Virus record (IMG/VR): IMGVR_UViG_3300024239_000014
Span: 1-64,000 of that record
Length of the DNA stretch: 64,000 nucleotides
Direction: 5' to 3' (one strand)
A program made the position numbers and the translations under genes. Below are positions 38,331 to 50,393 of this stretch, one piece after another. The stretch's first letter is position 1, and each line of letters opens with the position of its first letter. The notes below the pieces were generated by a model. The model did not search any database. It was not told the DNA's origin and was given only the letters and a program-made list of their open reading frames with translations.

Positions 38331-41300
38331 ATCGTCGTGAACGATCGAGGGTGACAGGTTACCAGTAGTACTCAACACCGATGTCAACCCGTCGCCATTC
38401 TTGTCGAACGCTCGTGTGACACCATAAAGGTTGGTGAAGTTCGGATCAGAAGACAGGTAGGTGTTCACCGCCACTTCAGACGAGTCCACCGTTGCTTCAG
38501 AAACCACCCCGAAGTCAGAATCATCGTACGCACGTGTGCTGCGCACCATGGTGCGACTACTGCGACCGCCAGTACCACCAAAGGTCACAGCTTCCTGTTC
38601 TTTCAAGTGGTGAACCGGGTTGATGTCCTGCACCAGTGTGATACTCGGATCGCTCTGAATTGCATTCCATACCGCATTGGGCTTGATGTCAATGCTGGCT
38701 CGACTCGTTACCGGTTTTCCATGGTACTGTTTCAGCGCCATAGCCAATTCACGATACACGGCACCGGCAATACGCTCGTAGCCTTTGAATCGATCTGGAC
38801 GGTGTTCCACTTCATCATTCTGAAGCATTTCCACGGAGCGGAAAAGCAGCCCATCAAAAGTGGTTGGTTCCTGGTAGCTTTCCAGCAACGTCTTCGTGAT
38901 CGGATCTACGAAGTGCAGCATCAGCACATCAAGCTCACGCAGCTGTCTGGCTGTCATCCCAAGCCCATCGAGCAGGTTCAGGTAGACATCCTGCCGGTTG
39001 AACTCCTTCACGGAATAGTGCGACATCTGCCGGTGGAAACGGTTCATGCCAGAAAGCACCAACGCTGCTTTTCGGTCGTGGCGCGACAGAGCCCAGGTTT
39101 CATCCTTAAAGCGCAGTGAATATTCACCATGCTCCAGGGTGGCCTTTTGCCCCTTGGGAATACGGCGAGGTGTTACCCCCAGTCGTCGGCAGAGTTCGTC
39201 CAAACCGAAGTAGTAGCCGAAGACAAACCCGAGCGGGATTTCCTTACCGGCCACTTTTATCTCGATCTGTTCAATCGGCGCTTGGTTGTTATCAAAACCA
39301 ACCAGATCGCCAATATCGCCCACTGGCATTGGTTTACCGTCTTCCGTGGTATAAAGCGCATCGCGATCATCGACGTACAGGAACTTCGAGTTGTCTTCAC
39401 GTCGTCCCATGACCACCAAGCCGTCGATCTCACCTGCCAAGGCATCTGCACCAAAGAAGGCGGCGCGGTTGTCGTAGTCGAAGTTCAACTCCCAGCCATT
39501 TACGGTAAAGCCGATAAAGCGACTGGTCAGGATGGTGTACAGACGAGGAAGGCGCGACCCCTTCTTCCGACCCTGGGTTTTGTACGCCAGCTTGGAAACA
39601 GTGGCGTTATCACCCATTGACATGTAGATGATGCGGTTCTGCAACCACCGACCGTAGTTGTGCACGGCCTTCTCAGAACGTTTCACAAAGAGCTTGCCGT
39701 AGTAGCTGGTCAAAGCCACTTTATCCGGAGCCACCTTGTGGATCGGACAATCACCTCGTTGCTTACGCAGACGGTATTTCACGCCATCGGCCACCCAGCT
39801 ACCGTCTTCAGCCACGACCGGCAGCTCGATCCGCACGGTCGTGGGTTTGCCAGCCACTGGGACCAGTTTAACAGTGATCACGTCGTATTTGTTCAGAGCG
39901 TCTTTGACGCGCTCTACTTCGTACGACGTCACGGCAACACCCGAATGCTGCAGCGACATGATCATCCGCGCTACGTCTCGATGCAGGACGTCTTTGATGT
40001 ACGCCTTGTCGAAATCGAGCAGCGTACTTCTCAGCATGGTCTTGTCAGTGACTGCTTCATGGTCAGTTACAGAGAGTCGTTCGGGCTTCAACGAAACATC
40101 GCTGTCTTTGACATCAATCAAGTCAGCCAATGTCCCTTGACCAAAGGGGTTTTCGATGGACTTGTAACTGTTCGCCAGTTTTTCAAAGCGACGAAATTCG
40201 GCTCCAGAAATCATAGCGTGTTCAAGCAAGCGTTCAGCGCTGTGGATTACACCGAGTTCCGGTTTCGCAGTCAGGTCAATCGCCGCTTTACTTTCATTAC
40301 CCACCTGCCCCAGTTCCACACCAGGGATGTGGAGCTCAAACAGATCGTCATTCCAAATGTCCACAGCACCTTCTGCCAGAGCTTCGAGTTCTTCGCGATA
40401 CTCGTCAGCTTCTTTTTCAGACATTTCAGGAATGGCGGCTTCCTGCTCTTCTGGCATCGGTGTATCTTTCAGACGTTCAGGTACGGTAGCGCCTGGTGCT
40501 TCGCTACCGCTGTCGCTTTCATCGTCAGTGTCGTGGACTGGCGGTAGATCACTGTCTTCTTCGACAGCATCGACCTGTACTGCGGTGAAGACGTTTTCAG
40601 CACGCAGCTTGGCGAGTTGGATAAAGAAGTAGTAGACCTTCCGTTGAAAGGTTTCCATGCTTGCATCGATGACATCACCATCGGTCTTTGCACGCGCTTT
40701 GCGCCACCCATCCAATTGACCGAGGTTGATCACCCCACCCTGACCGTTATCAGTAACCACCAGGTTCACACGAGCCAGAGCCTCGGGCTTGATTTTCGAC
40801 AGCAACGACTCACCGTGCTTCTTACCAGCCCAAGTCCACAGGTCGAGCAGAAACATCGACTCGTACGTCGACAACGATTCCACCACGTTTTTAGACAGGC
40901 TATTTTCACCCATCTTCAACAGCGCTAACCGCGGCAGGTGTTGCGGTAGGTTGATGTGGATGTAATGCTGACGATCGCTCTGGATAGCAATGTCGTTGAT
41001 GGTTTCGATCATCGTGGCAAAAATGTTCTGCCAACGATAATAGTTTGCCATGAAGTTAACGGGGTAGCGGTACAGATGCTGGAGTAACGCGTAGTTGATA
41101 ACCAGGGTAGACCGCAGGTCACGATCCACCATGTCAAACTGCCGCACCCGTCTGAGCAGACGGTTCTTCTTCTCCAGGTCGCGGATTGCAGTACCGGCAT
41201 TGATAGACCCCATGCGAATAGGTCTACCTACTTCACTTTTAAGTTCTGCCACATGCTGACAGTACAGCAACCCGCCCTTGCGCTGAATGAACGGGTCGTT

Positions 41301-41459
41301 GTTATCCAACGACCGTTCTTGTGTGTTCAGTGGCAGATAATGGTACACCGGCCGTAGGGGAAAGGCCAATTCAACCAAGGGCTTAAATGCAAAGCCTGTC
41401 AGTTGTTGCTCTTTCCACACCCCGTTCTTACGGTAGTACTGTGGGTATTTTAAAAACAT
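38331..41459 (-). CDS. virion RNA polymerase beta-like subunit (gp178-like), exon 1
   Basis: GTGGRS.R.M and SEATVDS motifs; ends in HDD; spliced product 1418 aa. Confidence 0.9.
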
Positions 41460-41469
41460 TCGACCGTCC

Positions 41470-43098
41470 TTATGCTGGGGTGGTCAGAAGTGACTTCAGC
41501 ACGAGTGTGATGGTGTCGTTGTTGGCTGAAGTCACCAGCTTCCCTGACGCACTGATCGCAAAGGACCGGCTGTGCAGGTAGCGCTTGATTTCTTCACCAG
41601 AATCTTTCAGGTAGACAGTTTCTGCCGAGCAGGTATCGCCGTCATAGTCACCACCCAGATCGGCCAAGAACGCCGGGTGGGGTGCCATCGTGGAAATAAA
41701 CTTCGCATTGATGTCGGTGTCGGGAAATTCACGTGCCGTAAACTCGGCGCCTTTAGGTTCCCACGCTTCGTCCAACTCAATCTTGGCAGACGCTTTGACA
41801 GTAGTCCGACAATACAGCTGCGACGGGTACATACTTCCCACGCCTGCTACCGGATAGCGGGTTACAAAGGTGTACAGTTCGTACCACTTCTGATATCCAC
41901 TCAGGTAGAACAGTTCAGTGTACGTCATCGGATGGACATTCTTGCGACTCAGATTCTTCGGCAGGTCTTCAATGTCATTAAAGACCTTGAAGTGCTTGTC
42001 GTCGCTGTACACGAGCCCCAAGTAATACCCTTCAATCTTCACGGGCTTTTGACGCAACTTGGGATTTTCAAATGCTTCAATGAGCTTCTCGATCCCAGCC
42101 GCTGTTGTCCACTTGTCGATGGTTTCCACGCCGACTGATTTGTATTCAGCTTTGAGCGTTTTAGGGTTTACCAATAACGCGTCACGATCCGCGCCAGCAA
42201 AGACGTGACTGACCACGCCGGTCAAGATAAGGTGTACTGCTACAGGTAAGGCTGACTTCAGTGTTTGATACAACCCCATCTGGGTGTTGATCACGGACAT
42301 ACTGCGCAGACCACCGAAGTAGTCCGCCACGGTGTCCATTGAAGAAATAACGTTACGTGTCCCGTTGAATACGCGACGACTACCCCATTTAGCCTGAACG
42401 AACCCTTTCTTGCCGTAAAGGATTTCAGCGATCTTGTCGTAGATATCCGTGAACGCTCGTTCAAGACTCAGGCGAGCTGGGTCGAACGCGGAGTCGTCGT
42501 AACTGTTGACGTTACCAAGCGTGTTGCTGACCGCAATCAGGCGACGATAGGGGTCGTTGATCTCATCTTCGATGGTACGACCGTACTCATCTACCTCAAT
42601 GTCGCGCAGCCCAGCAGGAAGAACCAGGATCTTGTCGACCATGGCAACGCTGCGGTACTTTTCAACAAACTGCAGCGCAATACGACGGCGGATGCTTTTG
42701 GTTTCTCCAAATACAATCGATTGCCACTTTTCGGCAAAAAAACCAAATCCGGTTCCAGCACCATCCTCTTCAGGTAGTGCAGGAACAAAATCATTCTTTT
42801 GACCATCCCACTTGGCGTAGGCTTTACCGGTAGCAACGTCACCGTATAGGCCTTTCAGGTCCACCAGACGTCGATAAATCAGCGGGTGGAAGATCAAAGC
42901 TTTGATGTCGATGTAACCGAAGTTGGTATCGCGTTCAGGACTCCCGACTCGGCCAAAGGTCGTTGTAGAAAACAGACCATCTTCATGGTAGTTGTTGGTC
43001 ATCCCGTCGAAGATATCGAGCGACTTCACTTGGCGCATGGCCTTAAGTGATTCGGTCGTGGGTTTCAACAACCGTAAATTAAAGGGCGCTTTGGCCAT
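41470..43098 (-). CDS. virion RNA polymerase beta'-like catalytic subunit (gp180-like)
   Basis: GLFS..FG, VLPAGLRD, TRYP and catalytic GGDYDGD motifs. Confidence 0.92.
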   Translation of the reverse strand: MAKAPFNLRLLKPTTESLKAMRQVKSLDIFDGMTNNYHEDGLFSTTTFGRVGSPERDTNFGYIDIKALIFHPLIYRRLVDLKGLYGDVATGKAYAKWDGQKNDFVPALPEEDGAGTGFGFFAEKWQSIVFGETKSIRRRIALQFVEKYRSVAMVDKILVLPAGLRDIEVDEYGRTIEDEINDPYRRLIAVSNTLGNVNSYDDSAFDPARLSLERAFTDIYDKIAEILYGKKGFVQAKWGSRRVFNGTRNVISSMDTVADYFGGLRSMSVINTQMGLYQTLKSALPVAVHLILTGVVSHVFAGADRDALLVNPKTLKAEYKSVGVETIDKWTTAAGIEKLIEAFENPKLRQKPVKIEGYYLGLVYSDDKHFKVFNDIEDLPKNLSRKNVHPMTYTELFYLSGYQKWYELYTFVTRYPVAGVGSMYPSQLYCRTTVKASAKIELDEAWEPKGAEFTAREFPDTDINAKFISTMAPHPAFLADLGGDYDGDTCSAETVYLKDSGEEIKRYLHSRSFAISASGKLVTSANNDTITLVLKSLLTTPA

Positions 43099-43187
43099 AG
43101 TGGACTCCGTCAGCGTAAAACTATGAGGGTTCCCAACGACCAATCCGCGCCGGGGTGTAACGAACCCGACAGGCGCCGATAGTCTAT

Positions 43188-46100
43188 ATGTCTTACAGGA
43201 ACAAACCGATGGCTAAGAAAGACGATATCGATCTGGACAATGACTTCGATTTCGATGATTTCGAAGACTTTGACGATTTTAATGTCGATCCCCCGAAAGA
43301 CGACCGAAACCCTATTGTTAAAACAGGGGTGGCGGTCATTAAAGGCGCTGCCGAAGGGGTCGCTAGTGAGACCTTTTTGCGCGAGTTTACTCGCGCTGCT
43401 ATGCCCCCTGGATATAGCGAAGCATTTGACCTCGTCAGCGACGTCAAGAACCGTACGAGCAGTCTATACAATGAAGCCCGTACTAAATTAAAGCCAGCCA
43501 TCCGTGACGCCAAGAAAGCCGTCAATGCAGTGATGCCTGCGGCAGAAAAACTCCTGCCCAAAAGGCTGGCTGAAAAGATCAAAGCGGCAGTGGCACCCGA
43601 GAAGGAATTCTCGAACCAACAAGCTACTGCACAGGACTCTGAAATCACTGGCACCTTGGCATCGATCTTTGATGCACAAGTTCAGTTGGCTGAAGCAGAT
43701 AAAAACCGCCAAGAAGCCGAAGCGGTTATCAAAGACCGCCGTGACAGCAAGCGCCATGAAGAATCCGTGGTGGTTCTCCAAGACATCCGCGATGCTGCTG
43801 CCCGTCTGGTAGGGTATCAGGATAACGTTCTGTCCAAGTTCCAGCGCAAATCGCTGGAGCTCCAGTACCGCCAGTTCTTTGCTACTCGCGATTTGTTGGC
43901 GGTTACCCAATCGACAGCAAAAGCCACCATCGACGAACTCAAGGCAATTGCGAAGAACACCGGCCTTCCGGATTACGTGAAGATCCACAGCAGCGAAGCC
44001 TTTAAACAGGCGATGCGCGATAAGCTGATTGGACGCTTCACTGATTCTGCCGCCGAGTTTTCGCGGAACTTCCGTGAGAAGGTGTTTAAGAACATCAGCG
44101 AACGCGTGATGTCGAATGTCAATACATTCAAGGACTCCTTCTCTGCTGCCGCCCAGATGGGTGATGATCTCTCATCAATGAATGAGATGATGGCGGATGC
44201 GGAAGAGATGGGTATGGGTGGTGGTCGGACCGAGATGGCCGGCAACTTCGCTGGCGGTATGCTTGGTCAGTGGTTGGGGATTCGTGCAGGACGAAAACTT
44301 AGAAAGTACACTGAGTCGCACGATAAGACGGTTGCAACTGGCGCCGACCTGCTGTACAAGGTCCGTAACTCACCACAGCTGCTGTCTGAGTGGGCGAAGT
44401 CGCCTACTGACTACATGTCTAAGTACGGGATGTTGACTGACCTTGCAAAGTCGGTCATTCCGATCTTCAGTGGTCCTGGGGCAGAAGTTACAAATGCAGG
44501 CACGGCAGACGTTGTCGGCAATGCCTTCTTTGATAACCAAACCCATCGTTCAATCAACGAGGTAATTCCGGGATATCTGTCCCGTATTTACCAGACCATG
44601 GAAGGGATTCGTACCGGCGAAATGCCGGACCGCGTGGTGTACAACCACGAGCGCAACGCATTCACCTCGTACAAGCAGTCGGTTGGCGATATCAAACGCC
44701 GCCTGATTGCTCCCCAGGAACTTGAGTACTTCAAGAAAAATGTCGACGCCACGGTCGACCGGGTGGATGGTGATAAGAAGCTGAGTCCAGAAGCGCGGAA
44801 GGCACTGGCCGATCAGTTGTCAAAAGACGCCTATGCTAATAAGCGGTTTGACCCGACTCGTATGGTAACAGACGACGGGTATCATTCATCGATCGATACT
44901 GCAGTGCGGGATGAGTTGAAGGAGCATTTCCGGAACGCATTCGACCTCGACGATGACGGCAAAATGAGAGAAGGTGCAAAACCTCGCACGTTCTTGAATG
45001 AAGTCGATCGCTATTACAAAGACGTCATCAACAGCATGCCCAACCCCTACAGTCGTGTTAACCTGTATGCCAATACAGGACAGCGCGAACAGTTGCGGTC
45101 ATTGGGACTACTTAATCGCGTCGGTTTGCAAGATACCGTGGATGGTGCTTGGATGTCGCGTGTCCTCGCTGACCACCAGGCTGATACCCTGGATTACGAC
45201 GGCGTTGAGACGGACAGACCTACTGACACCCTGCGCCAGCGTGGCGGGAAGGGTCGGGCATCTAAAGCAGAGATTGCTGCATTCCGCACCCTTGCCGAGG
45301 AGTTAAAGAAGTTACGTGAGCAAGGAATTTCGAGCGGCCTTTCGAATGGCCAAAATGGGCCTCTTCATACTGGCAATGGCGCTCCTGGCGGTCCTGCTGC
45401 TGGTCCTGGAGCTACCCCTACGCCTGTGCCGCCGCCCCCGCAAGCGGGTGGAGCCGGTGGAGTAAGCAAGTGGGAAGAGACGATTAACTCAATCGTTGAC
45501 GGAACGGATCGGACTACGCAAGAAATCCGATCCTTCCGCGACGCACTGATGTCTGCTACTGGCGGAACCAACGAACTACTTGTGAAGGTGGTCGAAGCAT
45601 CCGCAATCATTGCCGATTTGATTCCTACAGCCGGTAGCGGGAGCGCTGGTACACGTGGCGGCAATCGCCGTTCGGTGGGTCAGATGATCAGCGGTGGGTT
45701 GGCAGGTATCATTGATAAAGGTCTGTGGTTGGGTGGTAAAGGCCTTGGTGCTATTTGGCGTGGCACTGGCCATACAGCCAAGGGTGCTTGGTGGGTTACC
45801 AAGAAACTCGCGGGACTCCCTTTGGCAGTGGCTTCAGGTACGATTAAGTACGGCCAGAAGCTTATGGAAAAGAGTCCGTTGAATTGGCTGCGCGAGAAGA
45901 AAGAAGCCATCAAGGGAGCTATCGACTTGCGTGCTGCCGATGGTCGCATTCTGATCGAGAAAGCTCGGCTGGCCGCCGGTGAATACCGCGATGCCATTAC
46001 AGGAGAAGTGATCAAACGTGTTCAGGATATCAAAGGTCAGCTACTGGATCCGGATGGTAAAGTAGTTTTGACCATTGAAGACATCAAGAAAGGTCTTTTT

Positions 46101-49100
46101 ACGGAAGAGGGTCGTCGCGTCTATTTGAAGCATGTGGGTGACATCATCCACGGCATTGATGGACGTGTGCGTGGTAGTGCCACTTTCCGTCGTATCCGGA
46201 ACCTTTGGAACTGGGATGCTGAAAAGATCTGTGACGTCTATATCCGTGATAAACCTGACCTTCCGGTCATGCAGGCGGTGGATATCCAACAGGGTAAATA
46301 CCGTGACAAGAAGTCAGGTCGGGTGATCAAAACGATCGGGGACATTGAAGGTGCTGTGGTTGACTGGGATAACAACCTGGTACTGACCGATGAACAGTAT
46401 TCAGATGGTCTCTTCGACCACAAGGGCAAACGCCTCAACCGCAATGTTGTTGGACGGGCCTTTGGTGCAGCCGTTGGTCTCGTCAAAGGCGGGCTCAATA
46501 TAAGCAGCTTGATGATGAAGCCGATGCAATGGATGGCTAAGAAGGCCAAGAGCGGCCTTAGGTCAATCCTTGTACCTTTTGACGTGTACGTCAAGGGCGA
46601 AACGTCGCCGCGACTGTTAGCCAGACTGATTCGTGCTGGTCAGTACATCTGTAAGTCCACCGGTAAAACAGTGGTATTGTATTCAGATATCGAAGGCCCT
46701 ATCGTCCACCGTAGCGATCCAAACGGTAATGAGCTCGTTACATTGGCCGAAGTTACCGCAGGACTTGTAGACCGTTTTGGGCGCCCTATCGAAGGGATTC
46801 CAAAGCGCCTTGTGAAGCTGGGTGTTGAAGCTGGCATCAAGGCTATTAGAATGGTTGGCAAGGTTGGTAAGTGGGCGTTGGATAAATCCAAAGGTGCGTG
46901 GGACGTGATGTCCAAGGGACTGGGTAAGTTCACGAGTTATCTCCGCGAACACTGGATCGGTAGCACTGAGGAAGTCAAACGCAGCAACAGCCTCCTGGAG
47001 AAAATCTACGAGCTGTTGGATGAGCGTTTACCAGGCGGTGGCAAGCGACGTCGCAAGGGTCGTAAAGGCCGTGGTGCAGCGGTGGCTGACAATGTCAAAC
47101 TCGACCAGAATGGCAATCCTGTCGGTAAACACGATAGTGATGGCGATGGTGATCGTGACGGGTCTTGGCGTGATATCTTGGCCAACAAAGCCAAGAACGC
47201 CAAAGACAAAGCGAAAGCACTGATTGAGAAGGTCAAAGCACCGAAAGGTAAAGGCCTGCTTGGCATGCTCTCCACGCTGACAGCAGGGATCGGTTCACTG
47301 ATTTCTGCCATTGCGACATTCAACCCGCTGAAGTTCCTGACTAAGATTCCTGGCCTTGGTAAGCTCGGTAAACTGGCTGCCGGTGCTTGGGGTGGTATGA
47401 AGGCACTCGGGTTAGGAATTGCTGGTCGCGCCACAGCCGGTGGAGTCATGGGTACGCTGGGTAAAGGGATTGGTGCGGTTGGCCGGTTTGTTGGTCGCAA
47501 CATTCTCTGGCGTGGGTTAACTTGGGCTGCCTTTGGCTTGGCCAGCGTGGTCAGCACGCCAGTACTGGCTGTTGGTGCGGTGGTTGCCGGTGCTGCGATC
47601 GGTGGATATCTGCTGTATAAGTACCTGACCAAAGAAAACAAGCTGACTCGACTGCGCGCCTTGCAGTACGGTATCGACCCGGATGATAACGACCAGGTAG
47701 GACCTGTTGCCAAGCTCGAAGAAATCTTTGGTCCTCATGTGACGGTAAATCGCGTGGGTGATTTGAAGGTAGAAGGCGAGCCTGACATGAAACAAATGTT
47801 GGAGCCTTTTGGTATCGATCCTCAGAATGACGGCGATGTCGCACGTTTCGCTCAATGGACGGTGTGGTTCAAGGATCGTTTCAAACCGGTCTACTGTAAG
47901 CATCGCATCGAACTCGGGACCCGTGTACCTGAAGCCGATATTGGCGATGTGGATAAAGTGATCAAGCCCGAATACAAACTCCCGTTTGCTCGGGGTACGA
48001 TGATTACCACCGAACCCAGCCCGTACAACGTGACACATTCGCCGTTTGGCGATCAACCATTGCCTGTGGGTACGGAAAAGATCCGTGCCTTGATTTCTGA
48101 GATCGAAAAGGAATTCGGTCAGAAGGAAATTAAAACCGATAAAGGTACTTACCGTCCTGCTTTGCAGGGGTTGACGGTTCCTAATCGGTTCGCTGGCAAT
48201 AGCGCTGCAGATGAGGCCGCACGACGGACACTCGAAGGCTTGAGCAAAGACGAGTACTTGACTGAAGACGAAGCCAAACGCCAACGTGATAAGTTGGGTA
48301 CTGTGGGTGCTGGCACTGTTACCTGGAGCACTCTGCCGGTGAATCGGATCGATGAGATCACCTCTATTCGATTCCGTGTTTACGGGATGTCCAAGCTTCT
48401 GGTATCGCACACCAATGCGTTGATGTCGTTCGAGAAGGACGTCATGGACATGGTGGACCTTGGTGCTGGTAAAGACGCAGTATTCAGCGGTGATCAAATT
48501 ACCATCTACGAAAAGTATGCTTCGTTGTTTAACCGCTTGGCGGGTAATGAGGCAGACCGGACGCAGTGGACCTACTGGATGATGAACCGTTTCTTGCCGA
48601 CCTTCTTGGCGTATGTCGGAATGGTTCGTAAGTTGGTTCCCGGTGGATTGGTCAGTGAAGCATGGAAGAACTTCAAACCTGAGCAGAAGCTTCAGGTGGC
48701 AGAGGCGTTAGCAAACGTGCGCGTGAAAATCAAGGATGATGAAGTCTCGGTCTGGAAGATCGAGGCGGGTCCGTTCCCAGATCTGGAAGTGAACACCAAC
48801 CCAGAAAGTATCAAGCCGATCCTGGACGCGCTCCGTAAGGCGGTACTGGACAAGAAGGTGGAGGAATCCTTCAAAACGGACGCGCAGAAGAAAGCCGAAG
48901 CCGAAGTCGGTAAGCTGGTCAAAGGAAAGAATCTTGGGATCGCCCCAGGTACTGGTCCGCTCATGCCTACGGGCAACGGGAATCAGGTAGGCTTCCTGGA
49001 CGGCATGATGGGTGGACTGGCGGCTTCGGCTGGTGGTCAACCTGTAGCGGCTATCGTAACGGGTAGTGGTGGTAAGGCGTCGGATATCACAGCAGGTACG

Positions 49101-50333
49101 GCGTACCAGAAACTGGCTAGCAATGCTAGCCGTGCTCAACGGTGGGATGCCGTGAAAGACATTATCACACAAGCAGCGCGGATGGCTGGGGTTGACCCGG
49201 CGTTGATGGCGGCTATTGCTGGGGTAGAGTCTAACATGAACCCGAACGCTGGTGCGTCGACGTCGTCTGCTAAGGGGTTGTACCAGTTCACCAAGTCAAC
49301 TTGGGCTGAGACTCTCCAGAAGCATGGGATGAAGTATAACCTGCCGTCAGATGCTGATCCAATGGACCCGGTGGCTAATGCCCTGATGGGTGCAGAGTTC
49401 TTAAAGGACAACATGGCATACTTCGAACGCCGGATGGGTCGCAGACCGTCTGACTACGAGTTGTACATGATGCACTTCTTAGGCGCAGGGGGCGGTGTTC
49501 ATTTCCTGAAGTCGCCGATGACAGCTATGGCATCTGATGCCTTGGTCGATAAAGGTGCGCTGTCCGCTAACAAACCGATCTTCTACACCGAGAGTGGGCG
49601 GATGCGGACAGTTGCAGAGGTTACTCAGGAAGTCCAACGTCGGATGGAAGCAAATGGTCGTCCGTACGGGCGATTGGCTAGTACCTACGTGGGTACGGGT
49701 CAAACACCCATTTCGCCAATGTTGGAGCGTCCGACTGAACCGGAAGGTACTGCAGCTCCGGCTGCTCCGGCGATGTCGGTAACCACCATGCCTGCCGTTC
49801 CAGGGTCAGCACCCGTTGCTCCGGCAAAAGTATCGCCGTTGCCAGACATGACACCGGTTAAGCCAGACCCGTCCAGTGGTTATCGAACCACCGTTAACGT
49901 TCCGGGTGCTGGCGATGCAGGGATTGCAGCACCGTCTGTGACCACTACTGCTTCCATGATCATGCCGGTATCGTCGCCCGTGGCGACCATTCCGACCGCT
50001 GATCCGGGTACCAAACAGCGCGAACGCGCTATCAGGGACCAGGAAGTCAGACAGCAGCGTCAACAGCAAATCCGTCAGGCACAGGAAGCCGAAGTATCGC
50101 GGATGACCACCGAGCAAGCAATCAAAGTTGAAACGGTTTTGAACCAACAGCTTGAGGTCCAAAAGACCATGGTTGTGAAACTCGATGAGGTGGTCAAGGA
50201 ACTCAGGGCACAGTCAAAGCAGTTGAAGGCTAGCCAGCAGGCGCCTGCGCAAGCAAGCACACCAGCAAAACCAGTCCGTCAGACGCGAGACGCCTTGCCA
50301 AGGGAACCGGTTGTTGATATGAGGTCACGTTAA
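43188..50333 (+). CDS. giant tail (tape-measure-like) protein with C-terminal lytic transglycosylase (gp181-like)
   Basis: 2381 aa; helical N-terminus, Gly-rich hydrophobic segments, VES...SSAKGLYQF..TW domain at ~49150-49650. Confidence 0.88.
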   Translation: MSYRNKPMAKKDDIDLDNDFDFDDFEDFDDFNVDPPKDDRNPIVKTGVAVIKGAAEGVASETFLREFTRAAMPPGYSEAFDLVSDVKNRTSSLYNEARTKLKPAIRDAKKAVNAVMPAAEKLLPKRLAEKIKAAVAPEKEFSNQQATAQDSEITGTLASIFDAQVQLAEADKNRQEAEAVIKDRRDSKRHEESVVVLQDIRDAAARLVGYQDNVLSKFQRKSLELQYRQFFATRDLLAVTQSTAKATIDELKAIAKNTGLPDYVKIHSSEAFKQAMRDKLIGRFTDSAAEFSRNFREKVFKNISERVMSNVNTFKDSFSAAAQMGDDLSSMNEMMADAEEMGMGGGRTEMAGNFAGGMLGQWLGIRAGRKLRKYTESHDKTVATGADLLYKVRNSPQLLSEWAKSPTDYMSKYGMLTDLAKSVIPIFSGPGAEVTNAGTADVVGNAFFDNQTHRSINEVIPGYLSRIYQTMEGIRTGEMPDRVVYNHERNAFTSYKQSVGDIKRRLIAPQELEYFKKNVDATVDRVDGDKKLSPEARKALADQLSKDAYANKRFDPTRMVTDDGYHSSIDTAVRDELKEHFRNAFDLDDDGKMREGAKPRTFLNEVDRYYKDVINSMPNPYSRVNLYANTGQREQLRSLGLLNRVGLQDTVDGAWMSRVLADHQADTLDYDGVETDRPTDTLRQRGGKGRASKAEIAAFRTLAEELKKLREQGISSGLSNGQNGPLHTGNGAPGGPAAGPGATPTPVPPPPQAGGAGGVSKWEETINSIVDGTDRTTQEIRSFRDALMSATGGTNELLVKVVEASAIIADLIPTAGSGSAGTRGGNRRSVGQMISGGLAGIIDKGLWLGGKGLGAIWRGTGHTAKGAWWVTKKLAGLPLAVASGTIKYGQKLMEKSPLNWLREKKEAIKGAIDLRAADGRILIEKARLAAGEYRDAITGEVIKRVQDIKGQLLDPDGKVVLTIEDIKKGLFTEEGRRVYLKHVGDIIHGIDGRVRGSATFRRIRNLWNWDAEKICDVYIRDKPDLPVMQAVDIQQGKYRDKKSGRVIKTIGDIEGAVVDWDNNLVLTDEQYSDGLFDHKGKRLNRNVVGRAFGAAVGLVKGGLNISSLMMKPMQWMAKKAKSGLRSILVPFDVYVKGETSPRLLARLIRAGQYICKSTGKTVVLYSDIEGPIVHRSDPNGNELVTLAEVTAGLVDRFGRPIEGIPKRLVKLGVEAGIKAIRMVGKVGKWALDKSKGAWDVMSKGLGKFTSYLREHWIGSTEEVKRSNSLLEKIYELLDERLPGGGKRRRKGRKGRGAAVADNVKLDQNGNPVGKHDSDGDGDRDGSWRDILANKAKNAKDKAKALIEKVKAPKGKGLLGMLSTLTAGIGSLISAIATFNPLKFLTKIPGLGKLGKLAAGAWGGMKALGLGIAGRATAGGVMGTLGKGIGAVGRFVGRNILWRGLTWAAFGLASVVSTPVLAVGAVVAGAAIGGYLLYKYLTKENKLTRLRALQYGIDPDDNDQVGPVAKLEEIFGPHVTVNRVGDLKVEGEPDMKQMLEPFGIDPQNDGDVARFAQWTVWFKDRFKPVYCKHRIELGTRVPEADIGDVDKVIKPEYKLPFARGTMITTEPSPYNVTHSPFGDQPLPVGTEKIRALISEIEKEFGQKEIKTDKGTYRPALQGLTVPNRFAGNSAADEAARRTLEGLSKDEYLTEDEAKRQRDKLGTVGAGTVTWSTLPVNRIDEITSIRFRVYGMSKLLVSHTNALMSFEKDVMDMVDLGAGKDAVFSGDQITIYEKYASLFNRLAGNEADRTQWTYWMMNRFLPTFLAYVGMVRKLVPGGLVSEAWKNFKPEQKLQVAEALANVRVKIKDDEVSVWKIEAGPFPDLEVNTNPESIKPILDALRKAVLDKKVEESFKTDAQKKAEAEVGKLVKGKNLGIAPGTGPLMPTGNGNQVGFLDGMMGGLAASAGGQPVAAIVTGSGGKASDITAGTAYQKLASNASRAQRWDAVKDIITQAARMAGVDPALMAAIAGVESNMNPNAGASTSSAKGLYQFTKSTWAETLQKHGMKYNLPSDADPMDPVANALMGAEFLKDNMAYFERRMGRRPSDYELYMMHFLGAGGGVHFLKSPMTAMASDALVDKGALSANKPIFYTESGRMRTVAEVTQEVQRRMEANGRPYGRLASTYVGTGQTPISPMLERPTEPEGTAAPAAPAMSVTTMPAVPGSAPVAPAKVSPLPDMTPVKPDPSSGYRTTVNVPGAGDAGIAAPSVTTTASMIMPVSSPVATIPTADPGTKQRERAIRDQEVRQQRQQQIRQAQEAEVSRMTTEQAIKVETVLNQQLEVQKTMVVKLDEVVKELRAQSKQLKASQQAPAQASTPAKPVRQTRDALPREPVVDMRSR

Positions 50334-50393
50334 CCCATTAGAGGGGAGCGGTCACCCGCTCCCCTTTATTTTCCGCATTCTGAGGTAACTACC

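Noticed and set aside
37956-38368. Small + strand ORFs over the intron as homing endonuclease remnants
   Set aside because: Antisense to the intron, and no HNH, GIY-YIG or LAGLIDADG motifs.
36861-41459. Two separate RNAP genes, or a pseudogene
   Set aside because: The gap is a complete group I intron whose removal restores the frame and the conserved motif.
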